Shown: positions 44,787 to 61,017 of the stretch, piece by piece
Layout of the letters: each line of letters opens with the position of its first letter
Numbering within the stretch: the first letter of the stretch is position 1
Assembly (NCBI GenBank): GCA_964016885.1
Contig: CAXHJY010001754.1
Span: forward strand, 1-64,000
Reading direction: 5' to 3'
Source of the DNA: Eledone cirrhosa
Lineage: Eukaryota
Length of the DNA stretch: 64,000 nt
Program-made: the position numbers and the translations under genes
Notes under the pieces: model-generated
What the model was told of the DNA's origin: nothing
Seen by the model: the letters and a program-made list of their open reading frames with translations, nothing else
Databases searched by the model: none

Positions 44787-45338
44787 ACATATACGTGTGT
44801 GAATATAGTATAATATTTATATATAGTTTTTATCACATATTCTTTCCCCAACATCTCCCCACAACGAGGAAGTAAAGTTGTAACATAGTCTCTAAGTCTA
44901 TCATGTTTTACTTCAGTGTTTCGTTCCGTTTTGCTTTTTACAAACACCACTTTATTTCGTTTTTCTTTAGAATATCTTCATTCTCCAACAATTGATTTTC
45001 TTTACTCTTATTTTTTTCGTTACTTTAGATGAGTTTTTGTGGTCTTTTCTTTTGCCATAATGTGTAACACTGAGTCGATTTGTATTCCTCATTAGGTCGA
45101 GTTGAAATCGTTTTAGTTGAGGAATGAAATATTGAATTATGACTGCATATTTCTAATGATATATTCTATCTCCAGTTTACAGTATGGACGTAGATCTCAG
45201 TATATAATCAATCCTTCTCGATTTTTCAATGTGTTATGTTTTTTTCTCACTTTACACACCTTCTCAATCATTCTTCATCCAGTATCGTATCCCTCTTAAC
45301 ATACATATTCTCTCTATTTCTCGTGCACACTCACGAAC

Positions 45339-45376
<38 letters not shown>

Positions 45377-45428
45377 ACACACTCATAGAGTCATTACTCA
45401 TATTTTTCAGATATACGTACATATATAT

Positions 45429-45460
<32 letters not shown>

Positions 45461-45471
45461 TTATATATATA

Positions 45472-45616
45472 TAACGAAGGAAATGTGGTAAAGAACCAGG
45501 TGGACCATAACGCACCAAAGTACTCAATACTTAGGGTAGCACATGTTCCTATATATATATAGATGATTTCTAAAGAATGAAACAGTTCTAGTCCTGTAGA
45601 ATCTCATCTATATTAA

Positions 45617-45620
<4 letters not shown>
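45472..45620. mobile_element. Two short PLE-derived fragments in (TA)n
   Basis: 45472-45538 is the reverse complement of the family A tail. 45561-45620 carries GAAA-CAG-ttctagtc-CTG-TA-GAA, the 3' half of the HHR at 47203. Confidence 0.75.
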
Positions 45621-45663
<43 letters not shown>

Positions 45664-45707
45664 AAGGGCAGAAACGAAGTATCAATATAACACCAATATG
45701 TTTATTT

Positions 45708-45776
45708 TCACGTGACGCACGTTTCGCATTCGGACCCACCCACATATTAGCATTGAGTGCTCATTCAGTCTAGTGA
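45708..45776 (-). ncRNA. Hammerhead-like motif with a 1-nt core insertion
   Basis: Reverse complement reads TCACtaga-CTGAATGA-GCA...TGC-GAAA-CGTGC-GTC-acGTGA. Confidence 0.45.
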
Positions 45777-45823
45777 CCCAACAATAACTAAGCATTACAC
45801 ACCTTTACACTATATTAAATATA

Positions 45824-45902
<79 letters not shown>

Positions 45903-46075
45903 TATATATATATTTATATATTATAAATCAGGAAAGAAGAGTGACACGGTTTGCTATTCAAAAAAGGTTTTTAATCTCATTGCTGACTACATAACTGGAC
46001 TACACCTAAGTAGACTACCTATAACAATACTCTGTTATCCCGTATATATATATATTATATATATATATATAATAT

Positions 46076-46222
<147 letters not shown>

Positions 46223-46352
46223 GTAAGGTTTTTTTTACAAAATGAAAAATAACCGAGGTGTCCTACACGAGTGAAAGTATAAAGAAAAAGAAATGAAATC
46301 GAAAATGCAACTGGGGTCTTATTTTTTTTAAAATATATATATTTATTTGGTT

Positions 46353-46389
46353 CCTTTACTGGTTTCGCAGTTCTTCTGCTTTTCAAAAG
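46353..46389 (-). ncRNA. Decayed minimal hammerhead
   Basis: Reverse complement reads CCTT-TTGAAA-GCAGaagaaCTGC-GAAA-CCA-GTA-AAGG. Stems I and II are intact and the core is damaged. Confidence 0.4.
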
Positions 46390-46421
46390 GTGAGTTGAGA
46401 TGGAGGGTCTGTGGTTTTTCT

Positions 46422-46475
<54 letters not shown>

Positions 46476-46564
46476 TTTTTGCGGAAAATATCTTACCTTC
46501 TCCAATAAAAAATATTATGACCTTAAGTAGGAGCAATAACATTAAGAAATACATGAACGACACC

Positions 46565-47360
<796 letters not shown>

Positions 47361-48559
47361 TTAACTGTCGCACATCAAGTAGTATTCGATTCGTTTGAGG
47401 CAATATATATATATATTTATACATATGTAATATATATACATTTTTTTTTTTACAGATTCGGAGATAATCTCAGGAGATTTCAGGTTGTTTCGGAAGTTTA
47501 CAACAATGAGTGTAGTTTTGTTTTCCTTATCACTTCAACTGCTAAACATATTTGTCAGGAGCAATAGAAATCACATGGATGTCATTTCTGCTTTATCACG
47601 TTACAGCCTATTAGTGGCTAAGATTTCCTACCGCACATGCACAAAATCACACACTCGCAGGCACGCGAGCAAACAGACATTCACACTCACACACATACAC
47701 ACACATACACCTACACACATACACCTACACACATACACCTACACACATACACACACACACACACACACACAGACAGACTCACACACATAATTTGAGAGGC
47801 ACTCACTCTCACACACACATAAGCACAGAGACATTTGTAAACACACACACACACAATCAGACAGGCCCTCACTCACACACATAAGCTGACACACACACAC
47901 ACACACACCCATAATCAGACAGACGCTCGCTCACACACACATACAGATACAGACATTCATACTTAAACACACATAACCCCCGACATACATTGACGCATAT
48001 ACACACTCACACACACACACATAATCAGACAGTCACTTACACAGACACACACAGACATTCACACTTGCATACACAGACAGACATCCGCACATACACACAC
48101 ATGACATACATATACAAACACATAAGCCGACATACATATACACACACTCACACACACTCACACACATAAGCAGGCAGGCATTGGTTCTGTCACTCACCTC
48201 TCCCACAAATGTAGAAATATTCCCTAGAGAATCACATAATTTAATAAATAAAGGCATTAAACAATAAATATAATCAATAATAATCATAAAAAAGACATTT
48301 ATATGAGGAGAAAAAAAAGAAATCGTCTTCTTATTTTGTTATTTGTTGTTACATTTGTCTTTTACATTTTTTTTTTTATTCAAATCTGTTGTTAAGTTCA
48401 AATGTCGTCTGCTCATCCAATTGAAGTTTAAGTTACTTTACAGGATGTCGACCGTTAGCTTTCATTAAGTAACATTTATTTTCGTTTGTTTTTCCTTCAT
48501 TCATTAAATTATTTATGTTATCAACTGAACATCAGATCTCATTAGATTTCTCTCCATTA

Positions 48560-48649
<90 letters not shown>

Positions 48650-48689
48650 ATCTATCGATCTATCGATCTAGCTATCTCTACCCCCCTCC

Positions 48690-48770
<81 letters not shown>

Positions 48771-49061
48771 CTCCCTCTTCACATCTCTTTAAAAATAATA
48801 CCAAAATAACACAAACTAACAAACATACACTAACAAACATATATATTATCTATTTCCTAGAATCCTTTGGGGAAAAAGTTGAAATCTTTACACTTTCATA
48901 TTTGCATGTCCAAGTACGTGATTTGAGAGAGTGAAACATGCTTTACAAAACCTGTGCGTGCTACATCGTTAAGAACTGGGACTTTTGACGGCTGAAGCGC
49001 TATGGTTCACATATCCCGTGTGTGCGAGGGGCACAAACACACACATGCATGCATAATAGTG

Positions 49062-49115
<54 letters not shown>

Positions 49116-49138
49116 ATGTATGTATATATATATGTATG

Positions 49139-49169
<31 letters not shown>

Positions 49170-49457
49170 ATGTATGTATGTATATATATATATATATATT
49201 AACATACACATGAGTTCTTGTTTGTTTATGTATATGTTTGTGCTTTGTGCATTTTCGTAGATTAAATACTTGTAATAATATAATAAAATTATACATACAT
49301 TGGAGCAGGTGTATATATAATATATATATATATATATATTATATATACGTGTGTGTGTGTGAGTGTATTTGTATGTGTGTAGGTGTGCGTATGTAAGTGT
49401 GTTTATGAATGTGTGTCTTTGTGAGAGTGTGAGTGTGTGTATGTAAGTGTGCGTTTG

Positions 49458-49488
<31 letters not shown>

Positions 49489-49624
49489 GTGTAAGTGTAT
49501 GTGTATAGATGCGTGTATGTAAGTAAGTGTGTGTGTGTATATATATGCCTGTATGTGTGTGCTTTTGTATATATGTGTGAGTATATAAGTGATGTGTATA
49601 GCTGTGTGTATATAAGTGTGCATG

Positions 49625-49682
<58 letters not shown>

Positions 49683-49806
49683 AGCCTGTATATGGGCTTG
49701 TGTATATATGTGTGAGTATATAAGTGATGTGTATAGGTGTGTGTATGTAAGTGTGCATGTATATATATATGTGTGCGTGTGTGTGTGTGTGTGTGCGTGT
49801 GCGCGC

Positions 49807-49883
<77 letters not shown>

Positions 49884-50147
49884 ATGTATTTAGCAGAAGA
49901 CATTGCAATGATAACCCAAAGTAGAAGACACGACTGTGCACTGTGATCAACTTTAGTCCTAACGTTTCGTCTTGTTGTCGGTCGTCTGCAATGACGTCTG
50001 TCAGAAAGGATTCGACGTCGTTCTAGAACTCTCAGCAAACACACTCGCGCGTGCGCAGATAGCAAAGATTAGCTTAAACATTTGTCCCTCTTTACATTGA
50101 ATCGTGTGCTGTTTCTGGTGGCGTACGTGTCATTTGGTGAACAAACA

Positions 50148-50217
<70 letters not shown>

Positions 50218-50230
50218 CTCTCTATCTCAC

Positions 50231-50275
<45 letters not shown>

Positions 50276-50369
50276 ATTTTTCTATTTTTTTGTTTGGTTT
50301 TCAGACTCTCATTGTCCACCCACCCACCCCAACATAGTCAGTTTAAAGTTGTATCACTGCCTCAGCCAT

Positions 50370-51031
50370 TTTGTTGTCGTTGTCGTTATTGTTATTGTTA
50401 GTGTTGTTGTTGTTGTTGTTGTTGGTTTATGTATTGTTCTTGTTGTTGTTATTACTTTTGTTGTTTAGTTTTATTGTGTTGTTATTGGTGTTGGTGTTGG
50501 TGTTGGTGTTGGTGTTGTTGTTGGTGTTTGTGGTGGTGTTGTTGGTGTTGTTGTAGGTGTTGTTGTTGGTGTTGTTGTTGTAGGTGTTGTTGTTAATGTT
50601 GGTGTTGGTGTTGTTGGTGTTGTTGTTGTTGGTGTTGTTGTTGTTGCTAATGTTGGTGTTGGTGTTAGTGTTGTTGTAGGTGTTGTTGTTAGTGTTGGTG
50701 TTGGTGTTGTTGGTGTTCTTGTTGTATGTGTTGTTGTTGTTGTTGGTGTTGGTGTTGGTGTTGGTGTTGTTGTTGGTATTGTTGTTGGTGGTGTTGTTAG
50801 TGTTGTTGTTGTTGTTTCTTTAATCAATTCTGAAATAGAACTAAACTGCCACAAATGAGTGTTACATTGGTCAACAGATCTTATTGGTGGAGACGGAACC
50901 TTTTGACGGCCGGATAACTGTGTGGCTGGATGGTTGGATGGTGAGATGGTTAGATATATAGATATACATAGATTGATTGATAGATAGATATATAGATAGA
51001 TAGGTAGATAGATAGATATATAGATAGATAT

Positions 51032-51119
<88 letters not shown>

Positions 51120-53350
51120 TTCGTGGGTTAGCTGGATGGATGGTTGATAGTTTGAATGTTGCGAAAGATGATGGTGATGATGGTGATGATGATGGTGGTG
51201 ATGGTGGTGATGGTGATGATGGTGATAATGGTGGCGATAATGGTAAAGTTGCTGATAATGGTGATGATAACGATGATGGTGGTGGTAATCGTGGTAAAAA
51301 TGGTGGTGATGGTGATGGTGGTGATGGTGGTGATGGTGGTGATGGTGATAATGGTGGTATAGATGCTGGTGATGATGGTGGTAATGATGGTGATGATGGT
51401 GGTGATGGTGATGGTGATGATGGTGGTAATCATATAGATGCTGGTGATGGTAATGGTGGTAATGATGGTGATGATGGTGGTGGTGGTGGTGATGATGGTG
51501 ATGATGGTTATGGTGCTGGTGATGGTAATGGTGATGGTGGTGGTGGTGGTGGTGGTGGTGGTGGCGATGGTAATGGTAATGGTGGTGGTGGTGGTGGTGG
51601 TGGTGGTGGTGGTGGTGGTGGTGGTGGTGGTGGTGGTGGTGGTGGTGGTGGTGGTGGTGATGGCCGTGACAGTGGTGGTGGTGTTCGTTGTGGTGGAATA
51701 ACTTGTTTATGAGTGTAAGGACATGAAATGTCGTGATACCAGTGTATAAGATAACAAACATGGACGTGATGGTGTAGTTGTTTCTTTGTTTAAGATGGCG
51801 CTGATGGAGGCGGTGTTGTTCTTGTTGTTGTTGTTGTTTAAGATGGCGCTGATGAAGGCGATGTTGTTGTTTTTGTTGTTGTTCAAGATGGCGCTGATGA
51901 AGGCGATCAATGATGAACGCTACATTTGCTCTCCATACCAATTGAATTTAGATCGGTAATGGCAGACAAATTAGTTTATGAGGCATTCCTGACTGACTGA
52001 CTGACTGGCTGAGCGTGGCTGGCGATCGCCCGTGTTTGTGTGAGTGTATTTTGTGTGTCGGCGTGAGTGTGTGTATGTGTGTGAGAGAGAGAGGGTGTGT
52101 GTGTATGTTTTTGTGTGTGAGTGTGCTTGTGTGTGAGGTAGAGTCTGTGTGTGGGGGGTGTATGTGTATATGTATGTGTGTGTGTGAGAGAGAGAGAGAA
52201 AGAGTGTGTGTGTGTGTATATATATATATATGAGTGTGTGTGTATGAAAGAGAGAGAGAGAGAGAGAGTGTGTGTGTGTGTGTATGTTTGTATATATATA
52301 TGTGTGTGTGTGAGAGAGAGAGTGTGTGTTTGTATGTGTATGTATATATGTGTGTGTGTATGAGAGAGAGAGAGGGTGTGTCCGTGTATGTGTGAGATAG
52401 AGAGAGAGTGTGTGTGTGCGAGAGAGAGAGAGTGTTTGTGTGTGAGAGAGAGAGGGGATGAGTGCGTGTGATGGTTAAGTGGTTTTAGGTGTCCGTAGTG
52501 GTGATGTAAGTGGTATTGGCGGTGGTGGAGGTGGTGTTGATGGTGCTGCTGCTAGTGGTGGTAGTAGTGGTACTGGTGGTGGTACTGCTAGTGGTGGTGG
52601 TGTTGGAGATTGTTAAAGATAGCAGTAAGGTTAAAATGGCGTCCGATATAAAATAAAAAACAAAACAATATGAAAAAAACCGTGTGAGAAGAAAGGTAAT
52701 TGTTTCATTTGTGTTACGGCTGACTTTTGTTGACATAGTGTTGTGGTGTTGTTGTTGTTATGGTATTGTTGTTGTGGTGTTGGTGTTATGGTGGTGGTGT
52801 TGAGGTTGCTGTAGTGTTGGTGTTGGTGTGGTGGTGTTGTTGTTATGGTATTGTTGTTGTGGTGTTGGTGTTATGGTGGTGGTGTTGAGGTTGTTGTAGT
52901 ATTGGTGTTAGTGTGGTGGTGTTGTTGTTATGGTATTGTTGTTGTGGTGTTGGTGTTATGGTGGTGGTGTTGAGGTTGTTGTAGTGTTGGTGTTGGTGTT
53001 GGTGTTGGTGTTGGTGTTGGTGTTGGTTTTCTGGTGTTGGTCTTGTGGTGTTGTTGTTATGGTATTGTTGTTGTGGTGTTGATGCTATGGTGGTGGTGGT
53101 GGTGTTGGGGTTGTTGTGGTGTCGGTGTTGTTCGTGGTGGTGTTGTGGTGTTGTTGTGATATTGTTGTTGTTGTGGTGTTGGTGTTGGTGTTGGTGGTAG
53201 TGGTGTCGGTGGTGTTTGTGGTGGTGGTGGTGGGGTTGGTGATGTTGGTGGTGATGGTGGTGGTGGTGGTAGTGGTGGAGTTGCTGTTGTTGTGATACTG
53301 TTGTTGTTGTGTTGTTGTGGTGGTGTTGATGTTGTTGTTGGTGTTGTTGT
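50370..53350. repeat. Blocks of (GTT/GGT/GAT)n, (GATA)n and (GT/GA)n simple repeats
   Basis: Read directly from the sequence. A higher-order repeat of about 87 bp lies at 52740-53100. Confidence 0.9.
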
Positions 53351-53768
53351 TGTTTATGTTTACAGCATCATCATAGCCATCGTCGTCATCATTATTATTG
53401 TTTTGGGTTTTTGTATTTCTATTTTTCCTGATGTTATTGCTGGTGTTGTTTTTTTTTTCTTTCGTTTGCTTTTTCCGTTTATTTTTTTCGTTTCTATTCT
53501 TTTATTTCTTTTGTTGCTTGTTTATTTTTTTGTTTGTTCTAACTGCTGTTTGTATTGCTGTTGATTGTTGTTGTTTTTGTTTTTGTTGTTGTTGTTGTCC
53601 TAACTGCTGTTGGTGTTGTCCATTTCAGCAATGTTTAATTAATTAATTGACGCTAATACACATCTCCAATGTTGGCTAAACTGGAGTTGAACACAAACGA
53701 CGGCCATTTTGGTAAAATAAATATAGAAACAAACAACCAAATAAATAACTACATAAACATATATACAT

Positions 53769-53805
<37 letters not shown>

Positions 53806-53878
53806 CACATATATATGAGTGTGTGTGGTGTATGTGTCACTTCCCCCTCATCTCCCGCTCTCGCTCTTGCTCTCTCTT

Positions 53879-53938
<60 letters not shown>

Positions 53939-54586
53939 GCTCTTTCTTTCGGCTGTGTTCCGACCAAGAGAGGGGCGAGATCCATAATGTTTAAAACACC
54001 CAAGACACCACCCTCCCTGTATGAAAACCAACGACACTCCTGCGACTCCATTAGGAGATACGGCTCCTATCCTTTCCATATAGATACATATACACCTTTA
54101 TTGGGAATTACACTGTGTTAGTGCTCTGGTAAACTATCAATATTAGCAGTAACAATACTAGAGTTCGTACTAACAGTCGTAGAGTTCCATTCAATTTGAA
54201 TCTCGTCAAATATCACGTGACACGTATTAATCTGTGATCCTGTTACGACGTGACAAACCCCGAATCCTAACTAATGCAGTAAACAAGGCCTGATTCCCAG
54301 TCGTGTAAGATCTTCTAAAATCTTTCAGTCATGTTCCACATGTTTTCCACGTCTCTCACATTCACTAGGACCTTCAGAATTTGTTTTCTGTATCTGCACA
54401 CAAACATATATGAACACAAACACACACATACACACACATACACATATACACACAAACACACTCATATACACAGCAATACGAGCAGATATATGTAGATATG
54501 TATATGTATGTGTGTGCTGCGTATATGCATCTATTTATGTGCATATGTAAGCATGTATATCTATGTATGAACCTAAACGAATTTCT

Positions 54587-54656
<70 letters not shown>

Positions 54657-54807
54657 ATATATTGATATGTGTATGCTTATATATATAAGGGAAAGAGAGG
54701 GAGGGAGACATATGCAGAGAAATGAATACGTAGGTATGTAGGTAGATAGATAGATAAGTAGGTAAGTACGTTGATAGATACAAACATAGATAGATGTCAA
54801 TATATAT

Positions 54808-54978
<171 letters not shown>

Positions 54979-55081
54979 GTATATATGCATATATATATAT
55001 GTCAGAAGAAAGATGGTTGTTTAACAACAGTAAAATATTTTCCGTATATTTCTTATCCCAACTTTATTTTTCATTATATAT

Positions 55082-55153
<72 letters not shown>

Positions 55154-55209
55154 ATAGTTTAGAAAGTATACATATGCATGTGTACATAGATACATCCATA
55201 TCAATGTGG

Positions 55210-55256
<47 letters not shown>

Positions 55257-55482
55257 TGTATGTAAGTGTGTGTGTGTGTTTATTCAGGGAACTCTAAAAT
55301 GAATGTCGGCAAAGGAAGTGAATACAAGATACCCCACCACCACCACCACCCCCTCCCCCCCCCCCCTCACTCCCTCCACCAATATTATGATTATCGATAC
55401 TCAGTGAAGTAAATCAAAGTAGAACAACTTGGACTATTACGAGCTGTAATAAAACACACGTCGTTCTCACTGTATATACATA

Positions 55483-55549
<67 letters not shown>

Positions 55550-55649
55550 GTATATATATATATATATATGTATGCATATATATATACATATATATGCATA
55601 TATATACATATATACATATATATATATACATATATACATATATATATTC

Positions 55650-55760
<111 letters not shown>

Positions 55761-55856
55761 TATGTATTCATACATACGTATGTGAGTGAGAGAGTGTGTG
55801 TGGTCGTATTTACAAATATTTATATGGTTATACGTTAATGATCATTTATTTATTAT

Positions 55857-55909
<53 letters not shown>

Positions 55910-55966
55910 TATCTATGTATATATATAAACGTAAGTAGGTGAATGCATAAATATGTCTTTGGTATA

Positions 55967-56155
<189 letters not shown>

Positions 56156-56223
56156 GTGTGTGCGTGTCTATGAATATATGAATGTATACAAATATCTATG
56201 TAAATAGATAGCCAGAGAGATTG

Positions 56224-56315
<92 letters not shown>

Positions 56316-56956
56316 GGAGAGAGAGAGAGAGAAGTGGGTATGCATGTTTGTATATTTGTCTATGTATTTATATATGCACCAGTGAACGAACTCCTATATA
56401 TCTACATAACAGATCATTCTCAGGTGCGAATTAATAAAGCGTGGAAATGTAATCGGGCTAAAATATTAAAAGCTAACGACCCTTTGAAAGACGCGATAGA
56501 ATCCCTTAGAGGTTGTAGTTATTAAAACGTCAAGATGAAAACACCAACGAGATTTATTGGATGCTCCATTTTATTTTCCAATTTTTTCCCTTCTGTTTTC
56601 TAAGACGTTTTCTTATCCGGTTTTTCCCCTTTCTTTTATAGTCTTAAAGTGTGTTTAATGTGTATTACAAAGCTAAAACCCATCAGCGTTGAGTATTTTT
56701 ATAAAAAGTGAAAAGAATCTTATACAAATTCCCTCGTCAAAATGGCGTCAGGCTATCAGGTGAGAAAGAAAATGGCGACTATACATAAATGTTAACATCG
56801 TTTTACCTAGAAACTATTTTGTTTGTTTGTTGGTTTTTACCTTTTGCCCTAGGTCAGCCCTGATCTCTCAGAAATATAATGAGAAACTTTCCAGTAATGA
56901 CCCACACGTCTTTACGATGTAATGATGCACACAACTTATTTCAGATACCTTCATTA

Positions 56957-57135
56957 CAGTATCGGTAGCGGGTCGGACGCCATGCTTTGACGCATAAAGT
57001 TACGGCCCTTTCCATTCTTAGTTCAAATCTCCCCAAGGTAAACTTTGCCTTTCATCATTTACGGGGTCGATAAAATAAAGTACCAGTAATGTACTGATAT
57101 AATTGCTGGCCTTGTGCCCAAAGTAGAAACAATTA
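56957..57135 (+). mobile_element. Nearly full-length SINE
   Basis: CAGTATCGGTAG...GTTCAAATC...GTAGAAACAATTA. Confidence 0.9.
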
Positions 57136-57589
57136 TATATGTGACTATATTATCCTATATCTACTTCAATTTCAATTTTTAAAGACTTAATGACAATAGT
57201 GTGTGGTTTGGAGTGCTTAGGGAGGGATTCAGCTATTATTTCTAGCAGGTTAGGAGGTTAAAAGAGGCTTTGGTAGTTTGTATAGCCCCAACTTAGAAGA
57301 AGCTTTGCGTTTTTGTTTAACCCCAAATTGGTGTTGATCTAACAGTTGTTGATGATGATGATGACCACAATCATCACCATTATCATTAACCCATTACCAG
57401 AATTACTCTCGTGATAATATAGTTCACCTAGTAATTCTACCTCTTCCTTCTCCTCATCCTCATCATCATCATCATCATCATCATCCTCATCATCATCATC
57501 ATCATGTTCCTGATGGTTGCCATTACAATCACAACCCTCAGAAGCAGCAGTTACCAATACCAATATCAACACTACCACCGCCTCTACCC

Positions 57590-57612
57590 CCAATATTACC
57601 ACCACCAATACC

Positions 57613-57644
<32 letters not shown>

Positions 57645-59300
57645 CAACAACAACACCATGACCAGCACCACCACCATAACCAGCACCAACACCACCACCA
57701 CCACCACCACCACCACAAACCACCAGCACCACCACCACCATCACCACCACCACCACCATCACCACCATCACTACCACCACCATACCACCACCAACACCAC
57801 CATCACCAGCACCACCACCACCACCACCACCAACACCACCATCACCACCACCACCACCACCACCACCACCACCACCACCACCACCACCACCACCACCACC
57901 ACCATCACCACCACCACCACCACCATCACCACCATCACTACCACCACCATACCACCACCAACACCACCATCACCAGCACCACCACCACCACCACCACCAA
58001 CACCACCATCACCACCACCACCACCACCACCACCACCACCACCACCACCACCATCACCACCACCACCACCATTACAACCAACACCACCATCACCACCACC
58101 ACCACCACCACCATCACCACCACCACCACCATCACCACCACCACCACCACCACCATCACCACCACCACCACCATCACCACCACCACCACCACCACCATCA
58201 CCACCACCACCAACACCACCACCATCACCAACACCACCACCATCACCACCACCACCACCACCACCATCACCACCACCACCACCATCACCACCACCACCAC
58301 CACCATCACCACCACCACCAACACCACCACCACCACCAACACCACCAACACCACCATCACCAGCACCACCACCACCATCACCACCACCACCATTACAACC
58401 ACCACCACCACCACCACCACCACCAACACCACCACCACCTCTGTCACCACTGTAATCACAATACAATCAACATCATTTGTCCTTGTCTTCTGGTTTTCGT
58501 CGTCTTCTTATCATCATGGTGGTAGTTGTGACTGTCCCCAGCATCGTACTTAGCCCCCCCCCCCCCCCCCCGCCAAGACCCAACTACCACCACACCGCCA
58601 TCATCACTACAAGCAACACTACCACCAAAACAATACTACCACCGCCATCATCAAAACCTTTAACAGCAGTAGCACCACCACCATCATTACTGCTACCAAA
58701 ACTACCACAAGATCCACCCCCACTATAACCACCATCACCATCACCATCACCACCACCACCACCCTCATCATCAGCACCATCACTACCACTACCAGACACC
58801 ACCATCATCATCATCACGACCATATTCCTATCTTCAACTCGCAAACCATCATCACAACCACAAGCAATGCAGCACCAACACCACCACCACCACTACCACC
58901 ACCGTCTCACCTCTTCTCCCACCATCAACACTACCACCACCACCACAACCACCACCACCACCACAACCACCACCGTCACCTCTTCTCACACCATCAACAC
59001 TACCACCACCACCACCACCATCACCACTACCACCACCGTCACCCCTTCTCCCACCATCAACACTACCACCACCACCACCACAAACCACCACCGTCACCCC
59101 TTCTCCCACCATCAACACTACCACCACCACCACAACCACCACCACCACCACTACCACCACCGTCACCCCTTCTCCCACCATCAACACTACCACCACCACC
59201 ACCACCACCACCACTACCACCACCACCACCACCACCACAACCACCACCACCACAACCACCACCACCACCACCACCACCACCACCACCACCACAACCAACC
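57590..59300. repeat. (CAC/CAT/CAA)n triplet field with higher-order units
   Basis: Read directly from the sequence. CGTCACCCCTTCTCCCACCATCAACACTACC recurs about 5 times at 58900-59190. Confidence 0.92.
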
Positions 59301-59660
59301 AGCCATATACCAGCAGCTCGTAAATACATTTGGGTGTCTCCCAGTTTAATCAGAAACAAAGTGCGGGTAAGAAGTCGTTGATAAGCAAATCCACATCTTT
59401 TTCTTGTTTCTTTCTCTTCTTCTTGTTTGGTGTTTCTCTCTACAGGAACAAGAGTACTCTACTAGTTAGACTAATTATACAGCAGCTGATAAATAATGGC
59501 AAAGTTTACATTACTACGCGTCAACAGTCCCCAACTTTTGATCAATTTGTCTGACCTCTCCAACACCTTCAGATTCCTGGTTCCATTCTGACTCTCAAAG
59601 ACAGAGAAAAAATATAAATAAAATTATAACATTTATAAAACTAATATATATATATATATA

Positions 59661-59960
59661 TATATAAACAAGGTTTAGCAAATAATGAAAAAGTTTCAAA
59701 ATAAATTTTAAAAAATTGACTTTACCTACTATAGTTAGGCCTCCGTTTATTTTTGGGATTCGAAACCGATCGGTAAAGGTAACTATAGTAGGTAAAGTCA
59801 ATTTTTTAAAATTTATTTTGAAACTTTTTCATTATTTGCTAAACCTTGTTTATATATGTTCTGGCTCGTTAATTTATTAACCTGCCATTGAACCACATTG
59901 GCATTTGGTTGGACAATACATGCGTCCCTTAGCGCCTTGTGCGTGAAGGAACACATATCC

Positions 59961-59962
<2 letters not shown>
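59661..59962 (+). mobile_element. Fold-back insert whose loop is the 3' half of a hammerhead
   Basis: Perfect arms of about 77 bp (59661-59737/59780-59857). The loop contains GAAA-CCGATCGG-TA-AAGG (59762-59779). A tail runs to about 59962, with (TA)n flanks. Confidence 0.8.
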
Positions 59963-60022
<60 letters not shown>

Positions 60023-60027
<5 letters not shown>

Positions 60028-60226
60028 AACGAGTAGGACCCCGACGGCTGAGCTCAAGCCGTTTCGACGGCTAATTCTGGACTAAAATTAGTCCAGAATT
60101 AGCCGTCGAAACGGCTTGAGCTCAGCCGTCGGGGTCCTACTCGTTCCTATTACCCACTCTACTACCCTAAGTATTGAGTACTTTGGTGCGTTATGGTCCA
60201 CCTGGTTCATTACCACATTTCCTTCG

Positions 60227-60228
<2 letters not shown>
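60023..60228 (+). mobile_element. Fold-back family A insert with perfect 63-bp arms
   Basis: Arms 60023-60085/60088-60150. GAAA-CGGCT-tgagctc-AGCC-GTC lies at 60108-60130, and (TA)n lies on both sides. Confidence 0.88.
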
Positions 60229-60262
<34 letters not shown>

Positions 60263-60363
60263 GGTATAGAAATTGTTTTAGCGAGAAGCTAATAGTATTC
60301 TATAACATATATATATATATGTATATATATAGAAGTGGTTACACAACAGTTAGTTCACCATAC

Positions 60364-60401
60364 CGAGAACAATTGTTTCACCTGAGCGAATCCTCAGCTC
60401 G
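60364..60401 (-). ncRNA. Minimal hammerhead-like motif
   Basis: Reverse complement reads CGAG-CTGAGGA-ttcgctcaggt-GAAA-CAATTG-TT-CTCG. Stem III is palindromic and stem II is weak. Confidence 0.6.
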
Positions 60402-60572
60402 TAATGGACATGGCTATACGGAACAGGAAGGACAACCGTACGAACGCGCATGCGCAGAAACGATCACTTCACACAACTCGTCCTAACACTTCTACCTAAC
60501 TCGTCCCATGGACTGAGTGCTCTACCACTACGGATATTACCTTCCATTGTTCTACCACTATATATATATATA

Positions 60573-60795
60573 TAGTAATAATAATAAATATGAAGACTAA
60601 AATCGAAAGAGGGCTCGATAAGGATAAATATATATCAAATATATAAGAACCCTAAAGCAAATATTTATTAAAATAGCAGATTAAAGTTTAAGCAAAGAGC
60701 CCTCTTTGGATTTTACTCTTCACATTTATTATGAAGGATTCGAGACCCCGACGGCTGAGCTGCTGCCGTTTTAACACCTAGTTCCAAACTCTTAT
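60573..60795. mobile_element. PLE 3' fragment (same family as 6207) with an inverted repeat, joined to a family A piece
   Basis: Matches 6207-6330, has arms at about 60580-60616/60697-60732, and is followed by GACCCCGACGGCTGAGCT. Confidence 0.75.
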
Positions 60796-60816
60796 TTATA
60801 TATATATATATGTATA

Positions 60817-60871
<55 letters not shown>

Positions 60872-61017
60872 TTTTGAGTTTATGTTGGTTGTATACCAAC
60901 ACCTCAGTATGCAGGCTGGAGCACTCGACGAAGTGCGCAGGTTGGTTTGGTTACTCCGGAGTAGTGTAAAATAAAGTTAAATAAAAGTCAAATGATTAAA
61001 ATTTAGCTTCGTTTATT

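Noticed and set aside
51792-51905. CTGATGA within a triplicated 21-mer as an HHR core
   Set aside because: No GAAA or stems follow.
50871-51941. 356-aa His-rich and 190-aa Gly/Asp-rich ORFs
   Set aside because: These are translations of (GGT/GAT)n and (GATA)n repeats.
57504-58553. Long His/Thr/Pro-rich (extensin-like) ORFs
   Set aside because: Several frames on both strands are open because (CAC)n has no stops. There is no domain or splice evidence.
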